From a virus: a DNA stretch of 64,000 nt. The number at the start of each line of letters is the position of its first letter. Position 1 is the first letter of the stretch. Of this stretch, positions 49,686-58,305 are shown in pieces. The notes under the pieces are model-generated. The model worked only from the letters and a program-made list of their open reading frames with translations, did no database searches and was not told the origin of the DNA. The DNA lies in the IMG/VR virus record IMGVR_UViG_3300009151_000044, positions 1 through 64,000 of that record; one strand, given 5' to 3'. A program made the position numbers and the translations under genes.

Positions 49686-50701
49686 TATTTTTCCTCAAAT
49701 AAATTTTGTACAGCTAGTACAGTCGGGTACCTTGCCTGGAATGGTTCTGCGTATGATTGAATATTGTCAGCAATCTTTTTCATATCGTAACTATTACAGA
49801 ATTTTAGCATACGTATACCTACTTGAGTAATCTCTTTAGGCACAGCATACGTATCGATAGTTTCTTTAATCAATGCCTTGATATTATCTGGCTGTGCTGT
49901 TAGATCACACAGTTGTACATTACGTTGATAGTCTTCTAATACTCTATGTTCTTCGCCATTATGGTCGGTCCAACGTTGCAACATGAGATTGTTCCACGAA
50001 TATCCTTTGGATTTACGGTCCTCAAATGCTTCAGTCAACCCGACTTTATTTTTAGTTCCCTTAACACGAACTCCCGGATATGCCGAAAAGACATTATCGC
50101 TAGTGTCGCCACGCATACACTTTTCAAATAGTAACCATTCTGGATTCGGAACTTCTTTAGGTTCTTTTGTTTTTTTGTCAATAACAAGTTTACCTTTTTT
50201 ATCAAATATACCATTAATGGTATGTGTCTCTTCAGCAACACCGTTATATTGTTTTACGTTGCCTGACAGTAGTTGATAAAAATCTCTATCTGTTGAGATA
50301 ATAACATGATCAGCCATAGGATGAGCTTGAATAAATCCCGCAATCAAATCGTCAGCTTCTAGTTGATTATGTTGTAGTACAGTACAGTTAGTTTTTTCTG
50401 TCACAAATGTTTTAAACTCGTCAAATGCTTCCCAGAATACTTTTTCTTCTTCAGCTTCTTTTACTGTATGTGCGGCACGGGCTTCAGCTCGATTAGCTTT
50501 ATACGGGGCATAATGATCTTTACGCCAGCTACGACCTTCGAGACAGAACACTACATGAGTACCACCGAAGTCTTGCCAAGCCTTCTTGATACTGTTAAAT
50601 GTAATATGAAATGCCATGCCGAGTTTAATCTCAGCATTGCCTTGTACTACATGTCTAGCACGAAAAAATGTGTTAGCAGTATCAACTAAAATATATGTCA
50701 T
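49685..50701 (-). CDS. rnh: T4 RNase H-like 5'-3' exonuclease (FEN/PIN family)
   Basis: LVDTAN; SWRK..Y..YKANR; EADD; STDRD; GDTSDN. Confidence 0.93.
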   Translation of the reverse strand: MTYILVDTANTFFRARHVVQGNAEIKLGMAFHITFNSIKKAWQDFGGTHVVFCLEGRSWRKDHYAPYKANRAEARAAHTVKEAEEEKVFWEAFDEFKTFVTEKTNCTVLQHNQLEADDLIAGFIQAHPMADHVIISTDRDFYQLLSGNVKQYNGVAEETHTINGIFDKKGKLVIDKKTKEPKEVPNPEWLLFEKCMRGDTSDNVFSAYPGVRVKGTKNKVGLTEAFEDRKSKGYSWNNLMLQRWTDHNGEEHRVLEDYQRNVQLCDLTAQPDNIKALIKETIDTYAVPKEITQVGIRMLKFCNSYDMKKIADNIQSYAEPFQARYPTVLAVQNLFEEK

Positions 50702-51108
50702 TCTATTTGTGCTCTATTGTTACCAAGTCTTGTTACATTAACATAACCAGCAGTCCGATCTTTAGCTTCCATACCTTCACCTTGAATCATGGAACTATAC
50801 AAATCTCGAAACCACCGATCAACAATTTGTTCATCTGGATCACCGTCAAATCCGTAACCAGCTTGTTTCAATTGTACTATAAACAGGTCGTTCCAGTCAA
50901 GCTCAAAAAAGCCATTTCTTGGATTGTCTTTATTAACTTTGGTGTCCAATACGCTAACCCAAGGCTCACCTCGAGCAGTAGCACGTTCTTTTGGTGCTAG
51001 TTTAGCAATACGTTCATCTTCTTTAGCCTGAGCAGTTTCTAACTGTGCTTGCTCTTTCTCGGCAAGAAGCTTGTCTATACCAAACATCTTTCTAATAAAT
51101 TGTTTCAT
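50698..51108 (-). CDS. Hypothetical protein
   Basis: EPWV...NGFFELDWN...IVDRWF; coupled to queE and rnh. Confidence 0.7.
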   Translation of the reverse strand: MKQFIRKMFGIDKLLAEKEQAQLETAQAKEDERIAKLAPKERATARGEPWVSVLDTKVNKDNPRNGFFELDWNDLFIVQLKQAGYGFDGDPDEQIVDRWFRDLYSSMIQGEGMEAKDRTAGYVNVTRLGNNRAQIE

Positions 51109-51962
51109 TAAGTTCCCCACTCATTTTTAAATAGTGGCACTTGTAAACGGTCACTATAACGTAATCCGTGCTTCATAGCCATTATTGCCACATTTTTATT
51201 ATTCAATGCGTAAACACTTTCCACACCGCCCACTGGCATTAGATAAACGTGTCCTTTAAATCCTGCTTTACGATATGCGGCAATGGCACATTCAGCATCA
51301 GCAAAGTCTTGTTCAGTAGCAATAACAAACTTCAAATACGCTGTGCCGACTTCTTCATATTCACAAACTACTTCTGGAAGAATAGCTTCTTCCCACTTTT
51401 CACCACTACATGGAAGTTTAGCACTTACGCTAAATGTAATTTCTTTATTTTCACACCCATAGGCCCAAAAATTGTCAATCAAATATTGTTTAAATTCTGA
51501 TGTAAGTTTTTGAGTGCCGTTAGTTTCAAAAGTGATTTCTTTAAGACCTTGCATCTTAGGGTGACTTAACAAGTCTGGGTAAGCACGTTGCCAGCCCAAT
51601 AACGGTTCTCCACCTGTAATAACCAAGTGTTCATCCTTCCAATGATCCTGTGGAAGAATTTCCATAATACGATCTGCGATTGCTTCGCTAGTAAGCATAG
51701 GGCTAAGTTCTTTAAAACTAGGATGCCACGATGCGTAGCTATCACACCCTGTGCTAACTAATGGCAAGTCTTCATATTTTGTAAACATGTGAGATACGCT
51801 GGCAATTTCTTCGGCTTCTTCACTCAACATGCCTCGACTCATACCAAATCCAGCACATTTAAAGTTACAACCAAATGTACGTAAGAACACACTTGGTACA
51901 CCCATATAACGTCCTTCTCCTTGGATTGAATAAAATAACTCGGCTATTTTAATTTTTGACAT
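51108..51962 (-). CDS. queE: 7-carboxy-7-deazaguanine synthase QueE (radical SAM, atypical cysteine spacing)
   Basis: IAELFYSIQGEG...FLRTFGCNFKC...CDS; ITGGEP; ETNGT; SVSAK; YLMP; RLQV. Confidence 0.9.
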   Translation of the reverse strand: MSKIKIAELFYSIQGEGRYMGVPSVFLRTFGCNFKCAGFGMSRGMLSEEAEEIASVSHMFTKYEDLPLVSTGCDSYASWHPSFKELSPMLTSEAIADRIMEILPQDHWKDEHLVITGGEPLLGWQRAYPDLLSHPKMQGLKEITFETNGTQKLTSEFKQYLIDNFWAYGCENKEITFSVSAKLPCSGEKWEEAILPEVVCEYEEVGTAYLKFVIATEQDFADAECAIAAYRKAGFKGHVYLMPVGGVESVYALNNKNVAIMAMKHGLRYSDRLQVPLFKNEWGT

Positions 51963-52290
51963 TTTTCTTCCTAAAATCTTCTACATCGTCTATTGCTAGT
52001 TTTAAAGTTTCTGCATAGTTTAAAGCACCTTGAGCTTTCAAACAAACAGTTGCTTGGGTATCAATATATCCTTTGGTAAGCAGAGTCCAGATATGATGCC
52101 ATCGTGTTTGAGTCCAAAAGTTAGATCTAGTAGTAGTATAAATTGTTACAGTAACTCCAGTGTCTTCGGCCTCTACCCAAACATTATGGTCGCATTCGGA
52201 ACTACCGCATTCGCATGTAACACGATAAACTTTTGAGTCTCCCCAATCGTTGTGTTTTAATATACCTTCTGCTGGCATTTGATAATTCAT
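51949..52290 (-). CDS. Hypothetical protein with CxC...CxH putative metal site
   Basis: YRVTCECGSSECDH. Confidence 0.7.
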   Translation of the reverse strand: MNYQMPAEGILKHNDWGDSKVYRVTCECGSSECDHNVWVEAEDTGVTVTIYTTTRSNFWTQTRWHHIWTLLTKGYIDTQATVCLKAQGALNYAETLKLAIDDVEDFRKKNVKN

Positions 52291-52508
52291 TCCACGCCCT
52301 CCTCAAACCATTCATCGACCATTTGTTCCGCCTCTTCTTGTGTAAGGGCTGGTACAAAAATACGAGCAGGTTCTCCTGCTGTATGTTGTATACTAAACTT
52401 AATTACACCATTTAATGGTACATTATTAAATTCTCTTTCTACAACAAATTCTTGTAAATTTTTAGCACGATTGATTAATTGATCAGTTAACTCTTTAGCA
52501 GTGGTCAT
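52287..52508 (-). CDS. Hypothetical protein
   Basis: 73-aa ORF overlapping the folE stop (ATGA). Confidence 0.65.
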   Translation of the reverse strand: MTTAKELTDQLINRAKNLQEFVVEREFNNVPLNGVIKFSIQHTAGEPARIFVPALTQEEAEQMVDEWFEEGVE

Positions 52509-53242
52509 TTTGAGGCATACTCCTGTTGCATTTTAATATTATCAAAGAATTCTTTCTTAGTACCCATGTCGTCTTTGAATGCGCCTTTGAGTACAGTAGT
52601 CTGTGTTAAGCTACTCTTAGCCATAATGCCACGATTTTCACAACAACCGTGAGTTGCTTGAACATAGACTGCTACGTTTTCTGATTCGGTTGCTTTTTGG
52701 ATTTCTCTTGCGATGTCGTTACATAATTCTTCTTGAAGTGTGCCACGACGAGCACACCACTGAGCGATGCGAGTATATTTAGAAAGGCCAATAAGTTTGT
52801 TAGCCGCAATAATTCCGATGTATGCCACACCTGATACAGGCTGGTGATGATGACTACACATAGAACGCAGTTCGCTACGTACAACCAACATACCTTCGTA
52901 TCTATCTGCCGAATCATTTGGAAAAGCTGTTGCATCTGGTGCTGGATCATATCGACCTCCCATAATTTCGTTGTAATACATTTTAGCTAATCGTTTAGCT
53001 GTACCTCGACTGTTAGGATCGCTTTCACGATCAATGAGCAATCGATCTAATACTACTTCAAACGCTTCAGTGGCTTCTTTAATTAAGATAGCCTTGTCTT
53101 CTTCACTAACATACTCACTGATGTTATCGCCTGCCCAAAAGCGTTTGCCTTCTCGCTTCATTTTAAAGCGGATAGCATCTGCTAGATTAGCTTCTTCATA
53201 GCCCTTGTCGTCTATGTTATTATAATTTACTGGGTCACTCAA
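52505..53242 (-). CDS. folE: GTP cyclohydrolase I (FolE)
   Basis: TAKRLAKMY; SMCSHH; GLSKYTR; LQEEL; HGCCENRG. TTG start after GGAG. Confidence 0.96.
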   Translation of the reverse strand: MSDPVNYNNIDDKGYEEANLADAIRFKMKREGKRFWAGDNISEYVSEEDKAILIKEATEAFEVVLDRLLIDRESDPNSRGTAKRLAKMYYNEIMGGRYDPAPDATAFPNDSADRYEGMLVVRSELRSMCSHHHQPVSGVAYIGIIAANKLIGLSKYTRIAQWCARRGTLQEELCNDIAREIQKATESENVAVYVQATHGCCENRGIMAKSSLTQTTVLKGAFKDDMGTKKEFFDNIKMQQEYASK

Positions 53243-53249
53243 TTTATTA

Positions 53250-53275
53250 CTCCGATGTTAAGGCAGTGGATTGCC
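53250..53275 (-). promoter_or_regulatory. Candidate mini-pseudoknot in the folE 5' leader
   Basis: Minus strand GGCA-ATCCAC-TGCC-TTAACATC-GGAG; the loop UCC can pair with GGA of the Shine-Dalgarno sequence. Confidence 0.35.
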
Positions 53276-53283
53276 ATATGTGT

Positions 53284-53312
53284 ATTATACAATCTTATTT
53301 AGGTTTATTCAA
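53284..53312 (-). promoter_or_regulatory. Sigma70-type promoter for folE, with a nested late-type motif
   Basis: Minus strand TTGAAT-N17-TATAAT; the spacer contains CCTAAATA (53296-53303). Confidence 0.7.
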
Positions 53313-53510
53313 GATATTTTCTGCTCGAAGTTTGCGACAGCCTTCTTTAACAGCTATTGGATAGTCTGGGCTTATTTCAGATATTGAGCAGTCATATACT
53401 ATTGTATCACCTTTTTTTGGTAGTGATAAAAATATCATTGGTATTACTATTAGAACAGCAACAGCAATCACACCTATTTCTATAGTTTCTCGCTTAACAA
53501 TATTTGACAT
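53295..53510 (-). CDS. Small membrane-anchored hypothetical protein
   Basis: Hydrophobic N-terminal helix; YDCSISEISPDYP....EGCR. Confidence 0.65.
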   Translation of the reverse strand: MSNIVKRETIEIGVIAVAVLIVIPMIFLSLPKKGDTIVYDCSISEISPDYPIAVKEGCRKLRAENILNKPK

Positions 53511-53734
53511 AGGTCAGCATCCCTCTTTGATTTGAAATAAAATTCCATCTTGTCTTCGCTCGGGTGACTAGTAAATTTATCTCCCGGCAATCCAAATACT
53601 TCTAGAACGTCTATACATGCTTCATTCCACCAATATTTGTTTTGTCCCTTCCACGGAATTGCTACAATATATTGATAGCCATCGTCACGTGCTGGTATAC
53701 GGCTATCCCAGTTAGCATGTTTTTTTGAGTTCAT
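53480..53734 (-). CDS. Hypothetical protein
   Basis: WWNEAC..V.EVFGLPGDKF motif; start uncertain. Confidence 0.6.
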   Translation of the reverse strand: MNSKKHANWDSRIPARDDGYQYIVAIPWKGQNKYWWNEACIDVLEVFGLPGDKFTSHPSEDKMEFYFKSKRDADLCQILLSEKL

Positions 53735-54293
53735 CTTGAATCCTTTTAAAGACAAATCTGTTACCAACTTCTGTATAATGATTAATAGTACCCCGTTCAC
53801 TGGCCCATAACGTACTAAGATTAATATTATGTTTTTCTATTGCTAGTGAATTAACAATTTCAACATGCGACAAACTAATATATGGAACAGCAATCATATC
53901 ATGAATCTGCTTACGTAACAAATTATAAATGTCAATTTGATATTCTTCGTCGTAATGGTATTTGAAAAAATTCTTTGCTGTGTATAGATTTGTATTAAAC
54001 GGTCGGAAATGCTCAATTAAATCCGTAAGTATTAGATCACAATTTTTATGTAACCCAGATTTATGTATAGGATGATTATTAGTGTGTATCCTACTGGGAC
54101 TAGTATGACTTACTATTACTAGATCAAATTGGTTTATATCAACGCTACAAACTTGTTTATAAATTTTATATTCACCAATACCTGCTTGTGCTAGATTAGT
54201 TACCTGATGTTGTTCGGCAAGTAATCCTACCCAACTTAAATTAGGTGTTGATAATTTAGTAGCAAAACTATCACCGGCAATTAAAATGTTCAT
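53712..54293 (-). CDS. SGNH/GDSL-like hydrolase
   Basis: ILIAGDSF; NLAQAG; C-terminal NHY...GN. Confidence 0.65.
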   Translation of the reverse strand: MNILIAGDSFATKLSTPNLSWVGLLAEQHQVTNLAQAGIGEYKIYKQVCSVDINQFDLVIVSHTSPSRIHTNNHPIHKSGLHKNCDLILTDLIEHFRPFNTNLYTAKNFFKYHYDEEYQIDIYNLLRKQIHDMIAVPYISLSHVEIVNSLAIEKHNINLSTLWASERGTINHYTEVGNRFVFKRIQDELKKTC

Positions 54294-54342
54294 ATAGTAA
54301 CATACACGTAAGGGTAGTAGTTGACTATAAACACAGTCCTAC

Positions 54343-54714
54343 TCATTTTTTGTAATTTCCTTTTTCAGGTATAACATGTCTAACACCGCCACGTGGGTCT
54401 TCCATATCTCCGTTGCGTCTTGGAATCATATGTATGTGCGGATACATCACTGTTTGACCAGCTGCCGCACCGCAGTTTTGTCCAATATTATACCCGTCCC
54501 ATTGTTCATTAATAATACCATCATACCCAAATTTATGTGCAGCTTTATAACAGGCAATAATGTTATCAAACTTTTCCTGTGTTGGTACAAACAATAAGTG
54601 CCCATCTGTAACAGCATACGCATCTCTAAAGACCCAAAAGTCTTTAGCTCTGTATTCGATTTCAGTCCATGGTGCTCGACGTTCGTCAAGTGCTTGTTCT
54701 AGATCTGTTTTCAT
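54343..54714 (-). CDS. HIT-family nucleotide hydrolase
   Basis: D.YAVTDGHLLFVP; NIGQNCG.AAGQTVMYPHIHMIPRR.GD..DPRGGVR. Confidence 0.88.
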   Translation of the reverse strand: MKTDLEQALDERRAPWTEIEYRAKDFWVFRDAYAVTDGHLLFVPTQEKFDNIIACYKAAHKFGYDGIINEQWDGYNIGQNCGAAAGQTVMYPHIHMIPRRNGDMEDPRGGVRHVIPEKGNYKK

Positions 54715-54868
54715 TTTCCAAAAATTTAATTTCGTCTTGAATATACTCACGGTACTCAGTTAGTACTCCCAACTTTCTTCCAGAGTCTCCTGTAGCCCTA
54801 AGTTTTTCTAAATCTTGATCTATAACTTTTAGTTTTGCTTTAAGATCGTCTACGGTTAACTCGCTCAT
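54686..54868 (-). CDS. Small coiled-coil hypothetical protein
   Basis: 60-aa ORF overlapping both neighbours. Confidence 0.55.
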   Translation of the reverse strand: MSELTVDDLKAKLKVIDQDLEKLRATGDSGRKLGVLTEYREYIQDEIKFLENENRSRTST

Positions 54869-55062
54869 TTGCTAGTTCCAAATCTTAATCCGCTAGCACT
54901 GCCTAATAGAATTGCAAATGCCGCCCAAGTTTCCCAAGTATATGGGATATGTAGGATAGGAAAGAGTGTATTTAAACTCCATATACCTAACAATGGTCCA
55001 ATAGCGATAGCAAATACTATCAAAATAATACCTAAAATAAGTTTAATTAATGCTGATGTCAT
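54865..55062 (-). CDS. Small membrane protein
   Basis: Two hydrophobic segments; WSLNTLFP..IPYT.ETWAA. Confidence 0.65.
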   Translation of the reverse strand: MTSALIKLILGIILIVFAIAIGPLLGIWSLNTLFPILHIPYTWETWAAFAILLGSASGLRFGTSK

Positions 55063-55550
55063 AACCAATAATCCTCCCAAGGATAAACTAACCAACAATC
55101 TTCGTCTGCTTTATTAACTTCCCATACTGAGTAGTCTACATCTTCTTTGCTAGACAGGTTGTTCGTGAGTGTAGCAAAGCGTACAGTCTTGTGCCATATA
55201 TCATTGTCCCAGCGTATAGCACTGGGCAATGCTGATTCACGCCAGTCTTGTTTGATCCAGGCAATTGTGCTACCTTGGTCATTGATGTCATCTACTATAA
55301 GGATATTTTTACCTTCATACGCATCTTCTGCCATGCCGCAGTTGCTGACAGTATCGCCGCCATCACGCAAACTGATATCTAGGCTGTTCATCTTAATGCC
55401 AGTGTACTGACTCAGCAGATTAGCGGGAACAAGACCTCCGCGACCAATACCTACAATGTAATCTGGACGCCAATTATGTACTGACATTTGCCTGGAAATT
55501 TCCAAGCAGGCACCCTCTACTTGCGACCAAGTATAGTAAATCTTTTTCAT
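55059..55550 (-). CDS. Purine phosphoribosyltransferase (Gpt/HPRT-like)
   Basis: IVGIGRGGLVPA; PRPP-binding loop ILIVDDINDQGST; WLVYPWE. Confidence 0.88.
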   Translation of the reverse strand: MKKIYYTWSQVEGACLEISRQMSVHNWRPDYIVGIGRGGLVPANLLSQYTGIKMNSLDISLRDGGDTVSNCGMAEDAYEGKNILIVDDINDQGSTIAWIKQDWRESALPSAIRWDNDIWHKTVRFATLTNNLSSKEDVDYSVWEVNKADEDCWLVYPWEDYWL

Positions 55551-55780
55551 GCTGTTAGTGCTGTAGCCAGAGTTGCCATTTCTTCTTTAGTCATAAAGAA
55601 ATTATATACCGCTGTGTCTCGAACTTCGCCATCGAGCCCTAATGTTTGCTGTTCAAAGTCGACACTGAATAATCCTTTAGGCATTAGTACTTCGTGTTTT
55701 TTCAACACCAGACGAAATCCTTCGTGATCTTTAATAACTGTTTCCGTATAGGTATTTCTAATTGATTCATGTAGTTCCAT
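55547..55780 (-). CDS. Hypothetical protein
   Basis: Overlaps both neighbours; start after GGAG. Confidence 0.6.
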   Translation of the reverse strand: MELHESIRNTYTETVIKDHEGFRLVLKKHEVLMPKGLFSVDFEQQTLGLDGEVRDTAVYNFFMTKEEMATLATALTA

Positions 55781-56156
55781 TTTCATCTCCTTTAATTGCT
55801 TCAAATGTTCTGTATTTGCCCAATGCTGTAATGTATTCGTTATACAGTTTCTTCAGCTTCGGATGCTTACGTTCTAGTATAACATCTCTTTCAGGAATTG
55901 CCAAGACTTTTTCAATGGTGTCTAACCGTTCTTCTAAATCTCGTCCGTTGATAACCATATTACCTTTAACTTCTATAGTAGGGGGATTAGTTTGATTAAT
56001 CTTCATTACTGTGTCATACGGATTAGAAGGATTAGCCCAATTAGTTGTACCAGTACCTGTGGTTGTATAAATCTGCCCAGGTTGTCCGGTAGTATGTACC
56101 GTATTGTTTCCGTATAATACACTAGGCATTTTTACGGTCGTCAAGATATTTGCCAT
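55767..56156 (-). CDS. Hypothetical protein
   Basis: T-rich N-terminus; LEERL..IE..L.IP.RD..LE..HP.LK C-terminus. Confidence 0.6.
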   Translation of the reverse strand: MANILTTVKMPSVLYGNNTVHTTGQPGQIYTTTGTGTTNWANPSNPYDTVMKINQTNPPTIEVKGNMVINGRDLEERLDTIEKVLAIPERDVILERKHPKLKKLYNEYITALGKYRTFEAIKGDENGTT

Positions 56157-56598
56157 TTGGTATCCATTTATTATCAACTAAAAAACCCCATTCTCTTTTT
56201 TGAGGACCTGGCATAAACAATGTCCAAGCAGTTACACTTTCTTTTAATTCAATACGATGATAACTGTTAGGACTACAGATGCGGAAATGCCCAGGACCTC
56301 TCCAATATTTTATTTCGTTAATCTTTTCGCCAAGGGTATTGAACACCGGCACCCATTCATAGTACCCACCTGCTAAAATTAAGGTAGCATACGGCCATGG
56401 ATGATCATGGACATCGTCCGGATCACCTTTTAAAAACTTGTGTAGAAATATATTAAACGGAAACTTTTTTCGATCTTTAAGGAACAAGTAGTACCGTTCT
56501 AAGTATGGCTCGTTGTTCACACGATCCATAATGATAATTTTACGACCACGTTTTTCTAACCATCTAAGGCTTTGCTCTTTGATCTTTTGGAGTATCAT
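56122..56598 (-). CDS. Cupin-like protein (HDHPW motif)
   Basis: PYLERY; FLHKF..GD....HDHPW; GGYYE; YHRIEL; WTLF..GP..REWGF. Confidence 0.75.
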   Translation of the reverse strand: MILQKIKEQSLRWLEKRGRKIIIMDRVNNEPYLERYYLFLKDRKKFPFNIFLHKFLKGDPDDVHDHPWPYATLILAGGYYEWVPVFNTLGEKINEIKYWRGPGHFRICSPNSYHRIELKESVTAWTLFMPGPQKREWGFLVDNKWIPNGKYLDDRKNA

Positions 56599-56980
56599 AG
56601 TCATCTTTTACAAGTTTATAAACTGTCTTAAATTTTTCAAACGCTATTGCTAGCCCGGGATACTGTTTACACATCTCCTCAACTCTAGACCAATCTGGGA
56701 ATTTGTTAATCCATTCGTCCCCGCCACTCCATATACTTGACATATCAATGCCACTAATAGTATTAATAGTAGAGCCATTAGTAAAACAAACAGACCCGGT
56801 ACTAATTGTATTTGGATAACATGGAATACATGGATTAGTATAATATGCTAAACCTGAGGTAGATAATGTTATAGTGCTTAAATCAATAGTATTACTAGCA
56901 TAACTATTATCAGTAAAAGTAATAGTGTCTCCACTACTTAATGTTGTTAAGTAATCCGTTTGCGCTAAAGAAGTTGTCAT
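56564..56980 (-). CDS. Hypothetical protein
   Basis: T/S-rich N-terminus; MCKQYPGL..AFEKFK..Y.LVKDD C-terminus. Confidence 0.6.
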   Translation of the reverse strand: MTTSLAQTDYLTTLSSGDTITFTDNSYASNTIDLSTITLSTSGLAYYTNPCIPCYPNTISTGSVCFTNGSTINTISGIDMSSIWSGGDEWINKFPDWSRVEEMCKQYPGLAIAFEKFKTVYKLVKDDYDTPKDQRAKP

Positions 56981-58034
56981 GTAAAGCCTCCGCTTGTTTT
57001 TTAATGGACGGAATCATTTGTTGATAATTGTCCATGTACTGTATTATGCGTCCGCACAAGTCTGGACGAAATACTTCATACGCTTCAAAACTTTCAGTCC
57101 ACTTGCTTGGGTATTTGAAAGTGTCAAAATACATCTCGGTGTAGCTAAGTCTATCCGGCACCATAGGAACGGCATCTACTACTGCCCCTTCATAGCAACT
57201 GATGCCCAGCGTTTCTTGTAAGTTAGCACTGAACACTAATTTAGCTTCACCTAATAATTTATGATATTCGTCTTTAGATAATGCTCGATCTTGGCAAACT
57301 ACAAATTCATATTGTGGTAAGTGAGTAGCCAAGTCTCTAAAAATCTCAACTTGTTTCTCAGGAGCAATTCTGTGTGGGAATAGAATAAGATCACGCTTAG
57401 TCATATTTTTGTATGGGCTTAGTGTAGCATCCATATATTCCATTGGCCAACCAGTACGCACAAACTTATCACTAAATGTACCGGCACGTAGTTCTGTCAA
57501 ATCTTCTTCAAACCACGGATTCTCTGTTGGAAAATCATTTAATAGATTTGTAAACAGTAGCTCAATATGAAATTGTGTAGCAAAGTAATTATAGTCAAAC
57601 GCCGCAAAGAATGATTTCTCAGCGTGTCTAACCCAGGGCTTGTTGCCAACAAGCCGCCCTAGGAAATCTTGAGGATCATAACTGCCAGCATGCCATAATC
57701 CATGTGTAGTCACAGGTATCTGTAACAGTTCACTCATGTACTTTAAGTTTATGATGCCAGGATGCCAAGCATCAGCAAAGATGAAGTGATCGCCAGGAGC
57801 CACTGATCCGGAGCAAAATAAACGACCCATTTGCTCAACCTGACTAGCCTTGTATATATTGGTACCACCAAAATTAAGAAAAGCGCCTGGAGTAGTAGCC
57901 CGGGGAATATCCTCAGGGCCAGAGATAATTTGAACATTATGTCCTGCCTTTGTAAGTAACTCCGGTACATGAGTTTTCCATTGACCTGTGTACCGGGTAT
58001 CTACTGCTTCTAGATCAACGAGAAAAACAGTCAT
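56934..58034 (-). CDS. GT-B fold (GT4-like) glycosyltransferase
   Basis: FPHRIAPEKQ; SANLQETLGISCYEG (E-x7-E nucleotide-sugar motif); VPDRLSYTE; WHAGSYDP. Confidence 0.82.
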   Translation of the reverse strand: MTVFLVDLEAVDTRYTGQWKTHVPELLTKAGHNVQIISGPEDIPRATTPGAFLNFGGTNIYKASQVEQMGRLFCSGSVAPGDHFIFADAWHPGIINLKYMSELLQIPVTTHGLWHAGSYDPQDFLGRLVGNKPWVRHAEKSFFAAFDYNYFATQFHIELLFTNLLNDFPTENPWFEEDLTELRAGTFSDKFVRTGWPMEYMDATLSPYKNMTKRDLILFPHRIAPEKQVEIFRDLATHLPQYEFVVCQDRALSKDEYHKLLGEAKLVFSANLQETLGISCYEGAVVDAVPMVPDRLSYTEMYFDTFKYPSKWTESFEAYEVFRPDLCGRIIQYMDNYQQMIPSIKKQAEALHDNFFSANGLLNNIK

Positions 58035-58291
58035 TAACTTTCTTGTCTGTTGTACGCTGGACGCGGATTTTTGCCTAGATACGGCTTACGCTCACCATTC
58101 CAAGACTTGCGTGGGCGTGTGCTACGCTCATACGATTGCCAAACTTTTGCCCCTCTATTATACAGATCTGCTTCGTTAAACGGCAACATCTCAATACGAC
58201 AAAAATCTAACAGCTTTTCAAGATCATCAAAGATCCGAACAACGTCAGGACGGTTTTCAAAGTATGCGTAGTCTTTGTAATTCTTAGCCAT
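58034..58291 (-). CDS. Hypothetical protein
   Basis: 85 aa; V.RIFDDLE...DFCR......FNEADLY; GAGG RBS. Confidence 0.7.
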   Translation of the reverse strand: MAKNYKDYAYFENRPDVVRIFDDLEKLLDFCRIEMLPFNEADLYNRGAKVWQSYERSTRPRKSWNGERKPYLGKNPRPAYNRQES

Positions 58292-58305
58292 AATAGCCTC
58301 TTATT

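Noticed and set aside
54294-54342. Intergenic gap containing TTGACT/TATAA as a promoter
   Set aside because: The elements are adjacent with no 17-bp spacer and lie on the non-coding strand.
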